Shown: positions 1 through 9,990 of the stretch, piece by piece
Numbering within the stretch: the stretch's first letter is position 1
Layout of the letters: each line of letters begins with the position of its first letter
Source of the DNA: Octopus bimaculoides
Lineage: Eukaryota
Direction of reading: 5' to 3'
Length of the DNA stretch: 64,000 nucleotides
Assembly (NCBI RefSeq): GCF_001194135.2
Contig: NC_068982.1
Location: forward strand, 27,837,841 to 27,901,840
The notes under the pieces: generated by a model
The model's input: only the letters and a program-made list of their open reading frames with translations
What the model was told of the DNA's origin: nothing
The model's database searches: none
Position numbers and translations under genes: made by a program

Positions 1-215
1 AAGATATAAAGGTGAATATGAGGGAAAGAGAACATAGAAAAGAGAAAAAGGTGAGGGTGGCAAGAATCCAGAGAGGCTGTGGGGAGAGGGTCACTGAAAG
101 AAAGAAAGGCATGAGGGGGTTGTGGAGGAGGGCTAAAGAGGGAAAGGTGAGATGTTGAGGTGGTGGATAAGTTGTGGGGAGAGGACAATGAGAGAAAGAG
201 AGGCAGGGGAAGGCA
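1..215. repeat. Purine-rich (GA-rich) low-complexity tract
   Basis: Almost pure G/A sequence with no coherent coding signal. Confidence 0.55.
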
Positions 216-233
216 TGTGCACACACACAATAT

Positions 234-1800
234 ATAATAATAATAATAATGAAATTATTGTATGCAGTGCTCAGGTGCACTACAACTTGTCAAAAGTGCA
301 TATAAAGCATATGCAGTATTGTACAAATGCCTGGAAAGTGAACAGTGTACGAGTCAGATACATGCTTGCGTGTGTATGGAGGGGAGAAAATCAGGTGTAG
401 TTTTGGTGAATCTCAGGAAGCACGGAAGTTTTGAAGGATGCAGTGCTCCAACAACTAACAACTGATGCCGACAGTTTGTTCCATACTTCAGCAACTCTTA
501 GCGTGAAAAAGTGTTTCTGAAAGTCATGGGAGCTGAGCTGTTTTCTGACTTTGTAAACATGTCCATGGGTGTTAGACAGGTGGAATTTGAAAAGGTGCTC
601 AGAGTTATTGCTAGTAAGATGGTTAATAATTTTATGGGCGTCTGCCAAATCAGCTGCCAGACATCAGAGTTTCAATGTATCCATGCACAGGGAAGTAAGG
701 TGTTCAGAATATGGCAAATGCCCGATGGAGGGTACTCTCTTGGTTGCATGTCGCTGAACGGTTTCCAGACGATTAATATCCTGGGCAAGATAGGGGTTCA
801 AGACCAGAGACGCAAATTCCAAGTGAGGCTGCACCATAGCTATATAAAGCCTCAGATAGATAGCCAGAGAGCAGCTCACAAAGGACTTGGTAAGTGATGC
901 CAAGACACCCTCAGCCTTCTTGGCAATTTTAGCAATGTGTTTTGTCCAACACAAATCGCTGTCGACAATAATACCCAGGTCACATTCACAAGAAGACTTT
1001 TTGAGATTAGTGCTGTGGAGGGAGTAAGTAGACGCTGGGTTTTTCCTCCCAAAATGCATGGTGGTACATTTGTCCACAGCCAGCTTGAGTTTCTAGTCCA
1101 TGATCTTTTGCTGGATCGTGTCTAGGTCTGATTGCAATAAAGATCTATAGTGTACAGACAAGATCTGTCCTTTTTATTTCGAGGTACAGCTTGATGTCAT
1201 CTACATATTTCAGCACTGTGGCATTCCTTTAAGTTGGCATCTATGTCATTAATATATGCAACAAATAAAAGGGGGCCAAGAACAGATCCCTGTGGCACAC
1301 CAGATGTCATCTCATAGGATGAAGAGTGCTGTCCTAGAACTGTGACAACCTCTTTCTGGCCGATAATGAAGGGCTTCAACCAGTTATAGAGATCATCTCT
1401 TACACCCATTGCAGAGAGTTTCACCATAAGTCTTTTGCGTGGCACAGAATCAAAAGCCTTAGCAAAGTCAAGGAAAACAACATCCACCCAGGAGCCGCCA
1501 CCAGTGATTCGGGTACTGTCCTGAAGAAACTCAATGAGTTGATTACAGCAGCCGGAGTTAGGAACAAATCCAAATTGTGATAGCTGGATGAGGCTGTGAG
1601 ACTTCCAGAAGTTCCAAAGGGTTTCTCTGACACAGGATTCCATCAGTTTGGCGATGCAGCTAGTAAGACTGACGGGGCGATAGTTGACAGGCGATGTGCG
1701 GTCAACCTTATTTGAACAGAGGGATAACACTGGCAGTTTTCCACTGCTCCGGAGTAACACCATTGTCATGACAGAATTGAAAGAATAGTGAAAGCTGGTT
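234..1800 (-). mobile_element. 5'-truncated CR1-clade LINE (RT and C-terminal region of ORF2, 3' UTR, (ATT)n tail)
   Basis: Frameshifted pieces: GVTPEQWKTASVIPLFK, NYRPVSLTSCIAKLME, QFGF, DVVFLDFAKAFDSVP, SGVPQGSVLGPLLF, KYVDD (1196-1207), DLGIIVDSDL, RLETVQRHATKRVP, FFTLRVAEVWNKL. (AAT)n at 234-250 is the tail on the minus strand. Confidence 0.94.
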
Positions 1801-2368
1801 CACATTGTAGTTCACTGAATGACTTTTTGTCTTTTAAATAACTGATTTAGAAAATGGCTTAAGTTTAGTTTTAGACCAATAACAGATTTATCAAAATCAT
1901 ACCCATTGAAAATATTTCTAGTCTTGTAAATTTGGAGAATATATATCATCTTATAGCCTCCATCCAAATTTACAAGGCCAGCATGTGGATACAGTACAAT
2001 ACAATTTACCAAAATTAAAGTTTTAAGAATACAATATTGCAATCATTTTCAGATCTTTTAAATTATCATTAAAACACTATCAGAAATTATTGATAAAAAC
2101 CACACACACACAAAAACAAAACAAACCAAAAACATGCAAACATTTAAAACATGCTAAACACAACAGTCTTACAAATTAGATGAACATAAGAATCTTTGTT
2201 ATTTGAAAAAGTAGAGGAAAAGTATGAATTAATATGTGAACTCACTTCTATATATGTGTATGTATGTATGTAAGTGAATGAATGAGCTTACATTTAGTTA
2301 AACTCAGTGAAATAAATAAAAAGAACAAACAAAAACTAAAGTCAACAACAAAAATATTTAGTACTTAC

Positions 2369-2390
2369 ATGCTGCATCATCAACAGACAT
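2369..2390 (-). CDS. IQGAP: IQGAP 22-nt coding microexon: MSVDDAA(L)
   Basis: atgtctgttgatgatgcagcat continues the frame and matches LSVDEAAL of vertebrate IQGAP. Long poly-T tract plus ttttag acceptor, and a perfect gtaagt donor. Confidence 0.9.
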
Positions 2391-3159
2391 CTAAAACAAA
2401 AAGTAAAAAAAAAAAAAACTTTAGTAGACTTGTCATAGATCTTTAATAATTATTGATAGGGTTCAAAAGTGCATATGTAAGTAAACATGCAAGTCACATT
2501 TATCATAGCTCATTTTAGCTTTATTATTATCTTCTGCTATGTATGACACACATTTTTGCATGCATGCAAACAGAATTTAAAATAAGAATTTCACCCTGAC
2601 ATGTCATAATGACTTGGAAACTAGTAACAATCTTATCTAATTAATATTAGATAACAACATTTTAGAAATATTGCTTCCTTATTGATTTATACAAAACAGT
2701 GTTGAACAGAATCCTTATGAAAACCTGCAGAAACATTTTAACCAGTCTACAGAAAGATAATTCTGGGCATGTTAACTTAGAATTTTTCTTCCCCTCTTCC
2801 ACCTCATACCACAAATATTGATTTATTTCTTGGCTAGAAAGAAACTTTCTTGGAGGGCTGGTAGTTAGTGCTATTTGTGTTATGAACAAGCAGGAGCAGA
2901 AAACTGAAAGGTGCAGAAATAATTTATTTCTAAATTGCACCGAGAGAAAAAAATAGCACGATCAGTTACAGACTTCTTGACGGTGTAATTAATAGTTTAC
3001 AGCTTTTCTGATGGGGTGAGTGACAAGAGATTGTCTAACTAAGCAGAACAAATATCACACATTTTTATTCAAAAACATCAGTTTACTGATTTCATTAGCC
3101 AATAGATACATACACAAGTTTCATCAAAATTTTCATATACCAAATACCAGTATAGTATT

Positions 3160-3440
3160 AACCCAAGTTCACTCAGCTGTAGAAATGGGTTGTGATGTCA
3201 CTAGTACCTAGCTGAATTGTCCTTAGACAACATCAGTGGCATGGTATGCATGGGCAACTGCTGGTCATTCACAAAAAACTTTGCCTGGACTTGTACCTTG
3301 GAGGGGAACTTTCTAGGTGCAATCTCCTGGTCATTCGTGACTGTTAACCCAGTGATATGAGAGAAGATTTTTGATCAAGATGTTGCATGGTGGGATTGAA
3401 CCTAGAACCAAATGTCTGATTGCAAAGAAAGCTTCTTGAC
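3160..3440. mobile_element. Decayed SINE-like repeat fragments
   Basis: Contains tggtgggattgaacctagaacc, the reverse complement of the B-box-like SINE head seen elsewhere in the window; heavily diverged. Confidence 0.35.
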
Positions 3441-4290
3441 AATCAGACTTATTTCCTTGACCAAAATATGATATTAACAGAGGTATGAGACATCAAACGA
3501 CATAGATGTTTCAAGTACAACAATTAAAAGGTCATAAAACTAAGAGGTAAAATATGGTCAACCCTATTTATACTTCTTGAAAATGAAAACGACTTAAAGT
3601 TCTTATTTCTAATACACCTGATGTAGTGATAAGAAAAAAAAAAAAAGTAAATAAGAAAAGACCCAAAACTCTGATCTGAATGAATGAATCTAGTCTGCAA
3701 CAAACTGAAGATAAAATTTTTATCATCTCAAGTAAACTGCTTATCTTAGATATTTTATTCAATACAAACAAACTTTTACTAAATCTATAAATTTTCAATA
3801 AGGTAAAAAGTAAAGAAATCTTTTGAGTCACAATTTGATTTATTTTGTTTTTCTTTTTTCCAAGTGATTCACACATTTATTGAGCTCCACCTGCCTCGAA
3901 GACAGTGAAAGGAAATATTCTAAACATTTTACCATAAAAATTTGAACTTTAAGCCTTAGAAAAATTCACTGATTGAAAATAAACTCCAAAATAATCATCT
4001 GTGTGTGGTAAATAAAGAGAATTTATATTGAGACATTATTAGTTTAAACATAAGAAAAATTTGAAGAATTGTGCTTCAGAGAAATCCCACCTCAAATATA
4101 TATTGAAAGATATGACACTGATTCAACAAACCATTTCTATTTATACTGCATTAAAATAAAGTTACAAGGATTAATGCTTGTGTCAGCATTTGAACTTGAA
4201 CTATTTAAGTAAATCTCAGAAATTAATATTTGATATCACTTTAACTATTTGTTATGCAAAACCTTATAAAAGTGATACAAATTTACTCAC

Positions 4291-4382
4291 CTCATTAGCT
4301 AAAATTCCACCAATTTTACCAAAAGATGGCATTTGAATTCCATATTTCTCCAGCTCTTTTCTCATGTTACTAATCTCCTCCT
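4291..4382 (-). CDS. IQGAP: IQGAP coding exon, 92 nt: (E)EEISNMRKELEKYGIQMPSFGKIGGILANE
   Basis: Matches EEEINNMKTELEKYGIQMPAFSKIGGILANE. Acceptor gtttgttcttgcag, donor gtgagt; ends in phase 0. Confidence 0.98.
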
Positions 4383-4569
4383 CTGCAAGAACAAACACAA
4401 AATATTTTTAATGTTTAATGAAATGTTAATTCTAACCACTTTCAGAAATCTAAGGGAGTTGATAGATTTTAACAAGTTTGACTAATGTATATTGTCTCTT
4501 CATTACTTAAAACTGCTTAAAAGGTATTGCTGTATACTTTTCTGAACTCACAATTATAATAAAATGGTT

Positions 4570-4770
4570 TAAATTTTTGGCACAAAGCCAGCGATTTTAA
4601 GGAAGTGGGTAAGTTAATTACATCAATCCCAATGTTCAACTAGTACTGATTTTATTGACCTTAAAAGAATGAAAGGCAAAGTCAACTTTAGCAGAATTTG
4701 AACCCAGAATGTAATGAGCCAGAAGAAATACAACAAAGAATTTTGTCTGACTTGCTAATGATTCTACAAT
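4570..4770 (+). mobile_element. SINE of the 'tggtacttattttatcgacccc...gaaaggcaaagtcgacc' family (Nin/Deu-domain-like)
   Basis: Aligns by eye with copies at 16075, 16485 and 62535. The domain name is from recall of DeuSINE/Nin consensus and is less certain than the repeat call. Confidence 0.75.
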
Positions 4771-5939
4771 TATAAATACTAAAAATTTAATAAAATAGCT
4801 AACAAATTTAAGTACTTAATTATAATCATTATGAAATGAATAGGACTCATAAAATATGGTGTTAGCCAATTAACTAAAGAGTGAGTTTCTCACTGACCCT
4901 TCACATTGTGTCCTATACAAGTATTGAACTAACTGAAATTAGCAAATATATAACTGACATTTTCTAAGTGATTCCATTTTTCTAATAAAAAAAAAAAAAA
5001 ATAGCAGTGAAAAGAAATTTAGTAGATTTAGCAATGATAAATAACATTTAAAGCTACCAGTTTTCAATAGATATATGTACTTTAAGGCCATCTACTTCTT
5101 ATTCACTAGAGCCACAGTTAGATTGCAGTTTTCATTTGTTCAACCTAATACAGTAAAATGAAGAGGTTTCATATTTTTTTTTTTTCAATCTAAATGCACT
5201 AACTTAGATCTCTAAGTTAATCCTTATGAACTCTTAATCCCATATCCTTTCTTCATTAAGTCATCCTTCAAATGAAATGATTATATATATGCAATCTAAG
5301 TGTTTCTTAGATGAATTGTTCCCTTCATGGTACAATTGAAATTATAAAAGCCTTCTGACTATGAGTGGTGGTCTATACTAGTTTTCTCAAACATTTAGCA
5401 TATTAATATTGTTTTTCATCTAACTATATAAGCTATAAAGAGGGAACAACAATGCAATGTCCTCTATCAAATAACACTTAAACACTGAGCCTCCATTCCA
5501 GTCTGTGAATGTAAATTTATAGCTGAAACAATTATTTAAAAAATGAAAAAAAAATTTCCCAGAAACCATACATTTTTACAATTATTTCAATAAGCTGAAA
5601 GTAACTGTTGATGAAGATTAATGTTTAATTTAATAAAGATTAATTAAGACATTGTAAAATCATTTAAATCTTTTCTATCTTTCATAATATTCTAATTTAC
5701 AGATCAAATTATCGATGTTTTACTTCTTGGAAATAGTCTTACTATTTCTAAAGACGAACAGCCAATATATGCTTTCATTTTGATGCAGATTATCTTATTT
5801 TTCTTTTATGGAACTGCTTCCACCCCCCCCCCCTGATAATTATAAACATTTTGTGTGCTAAACTAAGGAATTATTTAACTAATAACACTTTCTATTGAGT
5901 AAATGCAAGCTACCTGGAATCTGAATATCACAAATAAGC

Positions 5940-5981
<42 letters not shown>

Positions 5982-6139
5982 CTACAAATTTTGAGAAATA
6001 TTAAAGAAAAAGCTGAGGAAGTATAGATGAGATAAAAAGAGTGAAATGAAACTTGTGAAGGATTATAAAATTATAAATTGGTAATAATGAGAGGCATGTT
6101 TTTTGCCTCCACCCCATCCTATAGTAGTATTAATTATCT

Positions 6140-6640
6140 GGGTCTACATCACGGTATCACATCACATTCATGAGATCCAGTATCTTGAATCCATCCATCT
6201 CTACCTACTACTCCTGGGAGGATTGTGGAGGTCAAGTCTTTGAGCATCTCCTTCATAAGGTCCTATCAGAAGCAACAGTCAGACTGCCCAGCTGGATTCC
6301 AGAGCATGACCAATTAAGACCAACCATCTTGTTCTTGGTCTACTCCTGGGTCTACCACCAATTGGCTAGGCTTGAAGAATTCGTTTTGCAAGACTTTCCT
6401 GCAACATTCTAATCTCATAACTGTAATAACCAGAGCTGTGACCTCTCAATACAGAGAAGTAGTGGCTTGACCTCGGGAGAATCTGTGATCTCCAAGCTAT
6501 GCAGCCTATCAAATAATAATACTACAGAAATCCTTCAGCAGAACCCCATTTCAGCCACTTGTCTTCACAAGCACATCCTTTCAGTCATTACTTACTATTC
6601 ATGACCATATACGAGGAAATTAGACTTTATTTCTTCCTAC
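6140..6640 (-). mobile_element. RTE-clade LINE 3' fragment
   Basis: Minus strand gives VAEMGFC, DRLHSLEI, VKPLLLCIERSQL and RILQAxPIGGRPRSRPRTRW (the RTE GRPRxRW end). Same family as 7845, 8035 and 59940. Confidence 0.8.
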
Positions 6641-6847
6641 ATCACTTGATACATTTAACCATCTCAATAAACTGCATTTTTGTCATTGCACAGCATTTCC
6701 ATAATTCACAATAATCCCATAATTGTAAGATATTCCCATAATTCACTAATTTCAATAGATTTTACACTTATATAGTTATATTTACAATTCTTGTTTCAAT
6801 AAATTTGAAATGAGTACCATGGATGATATTTGTAAAGAAATACTTAC

Positions 6848-6915
6848 CTGTGAAATTAATTTTCCCATACAAATCTTGTATCTGAGGAGCAAGTCCAAGC
6901 TTAAATAAATATAAA
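6848..6915 (-). CDS. IQGAP: IQGAP coding exon (exon 6 equivalent), 68 nt: LYLFKLGLAPQIQDLYGKINFT
   Basis: Near-identical to vertebrate LYLFKLGLAPQIQDLYGKVDFT. Acceptor tttctttccag, donor gtaagt. Confidence 0.98.
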
Positions 6916-7004
6916 CTGGAAAGAAAGAAAAGAAACATGTAAATAGGTAATGTGTACACACACACAGAGTAAGGTGGTTAATGTTAAAGAGGACATCCAA
7001 CTAT

Positions 7005-7110
7005 AGAAACTATGCCAAAGCAGACACTGGGGCTTAGTGCAGTCCTCTGACTTGTTAGTTTCTGCAAGCCATCCAACCCATGCCATCATGGAAATCAGAT
7101 GCTAAATGTT
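7005..7110 (+). mobile_element. SINE/RTE 3' tail (ccatccaacccatgcc..atggaaa..gatgctaaatgttgat)
   Basis: Matches the tail repeated at 9110, 39770, 44540, 56670 and 57840. Confidence 0.7.
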
Positions 7111-7280
7111 GATATACATACACATACAGTGCAATGTATTCATATGTATACATTTTGACACTCACTAAACATATATATGTAGCATATGCATGTACACATG
7201 CTATATAAACACACACATACACTATACACTCACAGACATACCCTGTGTGAATGTGTACACACACGCACACACACACATAC
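7110..7280. repeat. Compound (CA)/(TA)-rich microsatellite
   Basis: Direct inspection. Confidence 0.8.
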
Positions 7281-7844
7281 AATTTGCATACAAAGCCTGA
7301 TTGTTAATATTCCAAGTTTGCCACATGATATGCCTTTGCTCAATTTTAAAATGAAACAATTGTTCTTTTTATTAAGAGAACAGACCACAAGATTAGTTGA
7401 GTGAACCAATCTTTTAAGTGGGAGTTTGTGATTGTAATTGTGCATGCACAAGTGGGTACAATCACACATGGATATACTGGCATCAGAGAGATTTCAAACT
7501 CTTAATTACTGACCAGTTATCCTCACACTTTTATGCATGGCTTTGAAAACTAGGCTGATTTTATATGAATTGTGGCTACACATATAACAAGATCTAGCTC
7601 CTAATGAATAAATTATTCTAAACTGCAAGTGGTACTTATTAGTTTTATTGATCTGAGGAATACTTTATTACAAGGCACAGGTGATGTAATGTGATGTGAT
7701 GTGAACAGAAAGAAGGTAGGAAAGAAAAAAAGAAAGGAAGAATGCATGCCAGTTGTAAATTTCGAAGTTCCAGCTATGTAGGCAAGTCAGACATTTCTTC
7801 CAGTCACCTAAATGAGGTGAAAATGTAGTAATCATGCTAAAATT

Positions 7845-7985
7845 TCCATCTATCCTGCTATCATCTCTGCCCACTATCCCTGAGAGGGACTGGAGTAGAG
7901 TCCTCAGGCACTTCCTCCATAAGGTCCTATCAGAAGCAATTGTCGTTAGGCTTTCCACATGGATTCCCAAGCATGCCTATCTTCA
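7845..7985 (-). mobile_element. RTE-clade LINE extreme 3' fragment
   Basis: cataaggtcctatcagaagcaa...ggattcccaagcatg is shared with the 6250-6310 and 60010-60070 copies; translates ASDRTLWRKCL. Confidence 0.75.
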
Positions 7986-8034
7986 CTTATGGTTATGAAT
8001 GTTGGATAATTACAAAAAATAAGCTCACAAATAT

Positions 8035-8330
8035 ATAAGTGGCTGAAACGGGGTTCCTGAAAATGATCTCCAAGATACAGGGTTTGTATCTTGGAGATCA
8101 GAGAATCTCACCAGATTAAGCTACTACCTCTCTACATTAAGGTTACTGTTCCAGTACCATGGACAAAAGATTAGAACGTTGCAGGAAAGATTCATTGAGC
8201 AGATTCTTCAAGCCAACTGGCAGGAGCCCTAAGGGTAAACCAAGAACAAGATGATTGGATAATATCCATAGTATCAATTGGTCATGCTTGGGAATCCAAC
8301 TGGAAAGTCTAATGACAGTTGCTAACAAAT
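8035..8330 (+). mobile_element. RTE-clade LINE fragment, inverted relative to the 6140 and 7845 copies
   Basis: ggctgaaacggggttc...agattcttcaagccaactggcagg...aaaccaagaacaagatg...tggtcatgcttgggaatcc is the reverse complement of the 6290-6560 segment. Confidence 0.8.
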
Positions 8331-8779
8331 GCTAAAATGTTACAAAAATTGTCTATCAGAGTATTTTCCTGAATACTCTTCTGCACATGACTAAATGCTA
8401 CAACACCTAAAAGTACCACATCAACCAACAGAAAACTTCCAAACAGCAATGCATTTGCAAAATCTTACAAAAAATAATGAATAGGTTGGATGAGTCTGCT
8501 ACTAAATGAGTAGCATTATTAAAAGGTGTCACGTAAAATGACTGTATAAATCATTCTAGAATTCCAAAGTAGCTCTGTTCTACAAAAATAAAAAATAAAA
8601 AATAAAATAAAACAAAAAACATTGTTTCAAAATGCTAAGATAATTTAAAAACAATCAAGCTGTTATACTGAAAAATTGTTAACTCCTCCAGTTAAGAGAA
8701 GAAAGCCCTTGAAAGAGTCTTCTGGAGGTCTGTGTATTTCAGTGACAATGCATTTACAACTGTGTCTGAGTTCTTATCA

Positions 8780-9150
8780 CATGATACCAGTTTCAGTCCA
8801 TTCTCATTGCATGGCACCCTGGGTTAGTGTCTTCTACTAATAGCCCTGGGCTGACCAAAGCCTTGTGAGTATATTTGGTGGCTGGAAACTGAAAGGAGCC
8901 TGCTGAGTATATACACATGTGTATGTACTTGTCTTGACACTGCTTGATAGTTATAAATGAGTGTCACCACCATACAAGCAGTGCCCTTCATTTCCAATCT
9001 TCCATGGAAACATGTCTAGCCAAGGGAAATATTACCTTACCTGGAAACAGGAGAGAGTTGGTGATAGGAATGACAACTAGCTGTAAAAAATCTGTCCCAA
9101 AGAATTCTACCTGACCCATGCAAGCATGGAAAAATGGATGTTAAAACAAT
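8780..9150 (+). mobile_element. tRNA-derived octopus-type SINE (head, CORE-like accttgggcaag box, TG spacer, RTE-type tail)
   Basis: gcatggcaccctggg..gtcttctact..gaccaaagccttgtgagt..ggaaactgaaaggagcc, followed by a tail ending cccatgcaagcatggaaaaatggatgttaaa. Confidence 0.8.
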
Positions 9151-9689
9151 AACTGAAGGATCCAATTTATAATATGCACAATTCAAATGCTTGGCCTCAC
9201 CAAACAAGATCAAACCACTATTAACAACTGGAATCAATGTAACAGCTGTCTATATGTGCACATGTGTGTGGTTTGTGTGCTTAATGCAAATTTAAGAAAA
9301 TACAAATTTAGAAATATTGGCATTTTAACAGAGTCTACCTTTTAATAACTTTTAAAATAGCAACTGAAAAAACATTCTAGCCTTAACATATGGGCAATAT
9401 TGGCAGTGATGAAATGAGTTAAATTTAATACATCAAGGTTCAGGTCTTTGCTTATAAGTTACATATGATATTTTTGTAAACTAAAACAAATTAGCATTGA
9501 ACTCTTGCCAGTAGGAGTGAAAGTTCAAATATTTTAAGGCATGATGAGTTTGGCAAAATATTAAGAAAAATACAGAAAAATACTTTGGGAATTCACATTT
9601 TTAAACAACTAGGAAAATTTTCACGATTAAAGAAATAAAGACAAACTCTTCTGGCAACAAAAGGTTTCTCTTTGTATGCTGGACATGTT

Positions 9690-9990
9690 TCACGAAACCT
9701 GTATCAAAATTATGATAAGTGTGAAAATGGGGCCTACAGAGGCTGGAGAGATATGGTTTTCATAAGACCTGTTGGATGTACATTATCAACTAACATAAAA
9801 AAGTAGAGTGCAAGAGAAAGAGACTGAACATTAAAGACATCAACTAGCATGTGCAAGAGAAGTTGCTACACTGATGTGGGGAAAAGGTATTGTGCTGACA
9901 GCAGAAGGCACCAAGTTAGAAGACCAAAGAAAATAAAGGAAAAATTGGTGAGGCTTGATCAAGATGTTGGGCATCAGACAAGAACACTGA
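9690..9990 (+). mobile_element. Possible very old RTE-type LINE C-terminal relic
   Basis: Fragmentary translation ERLNIKDI / RRPKK..RLDQDV resembles the end of RTE ORF2; heavily degraded. Confidence 0.3.

Noticed and set aside
511-1633. Extra ORFs overlapping the CR1 element (511-897 +, 937-1125 +, 1421-1633 -)
   Set aside because: Antisense or off-frame shadows of the LINE ORF2.
1812-2042. Minus ORF containing PHAGLVNL, similar to IQGAP NPNAMLVNL expected in the next exon
   Set aside because: The expected upstream LHAAVIAINEA sequence is absent, and the nearest AG gives a stop in the required phase. I treat it as coincidence; the next exon probably lies left of base 1.
7426-7467. Small nested palindrome tgtgattgta..ttgtgcatgcacaa..tacaatcaca
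   Set aside because: Short, next to microsatellite-like sequence, with no supporting context.
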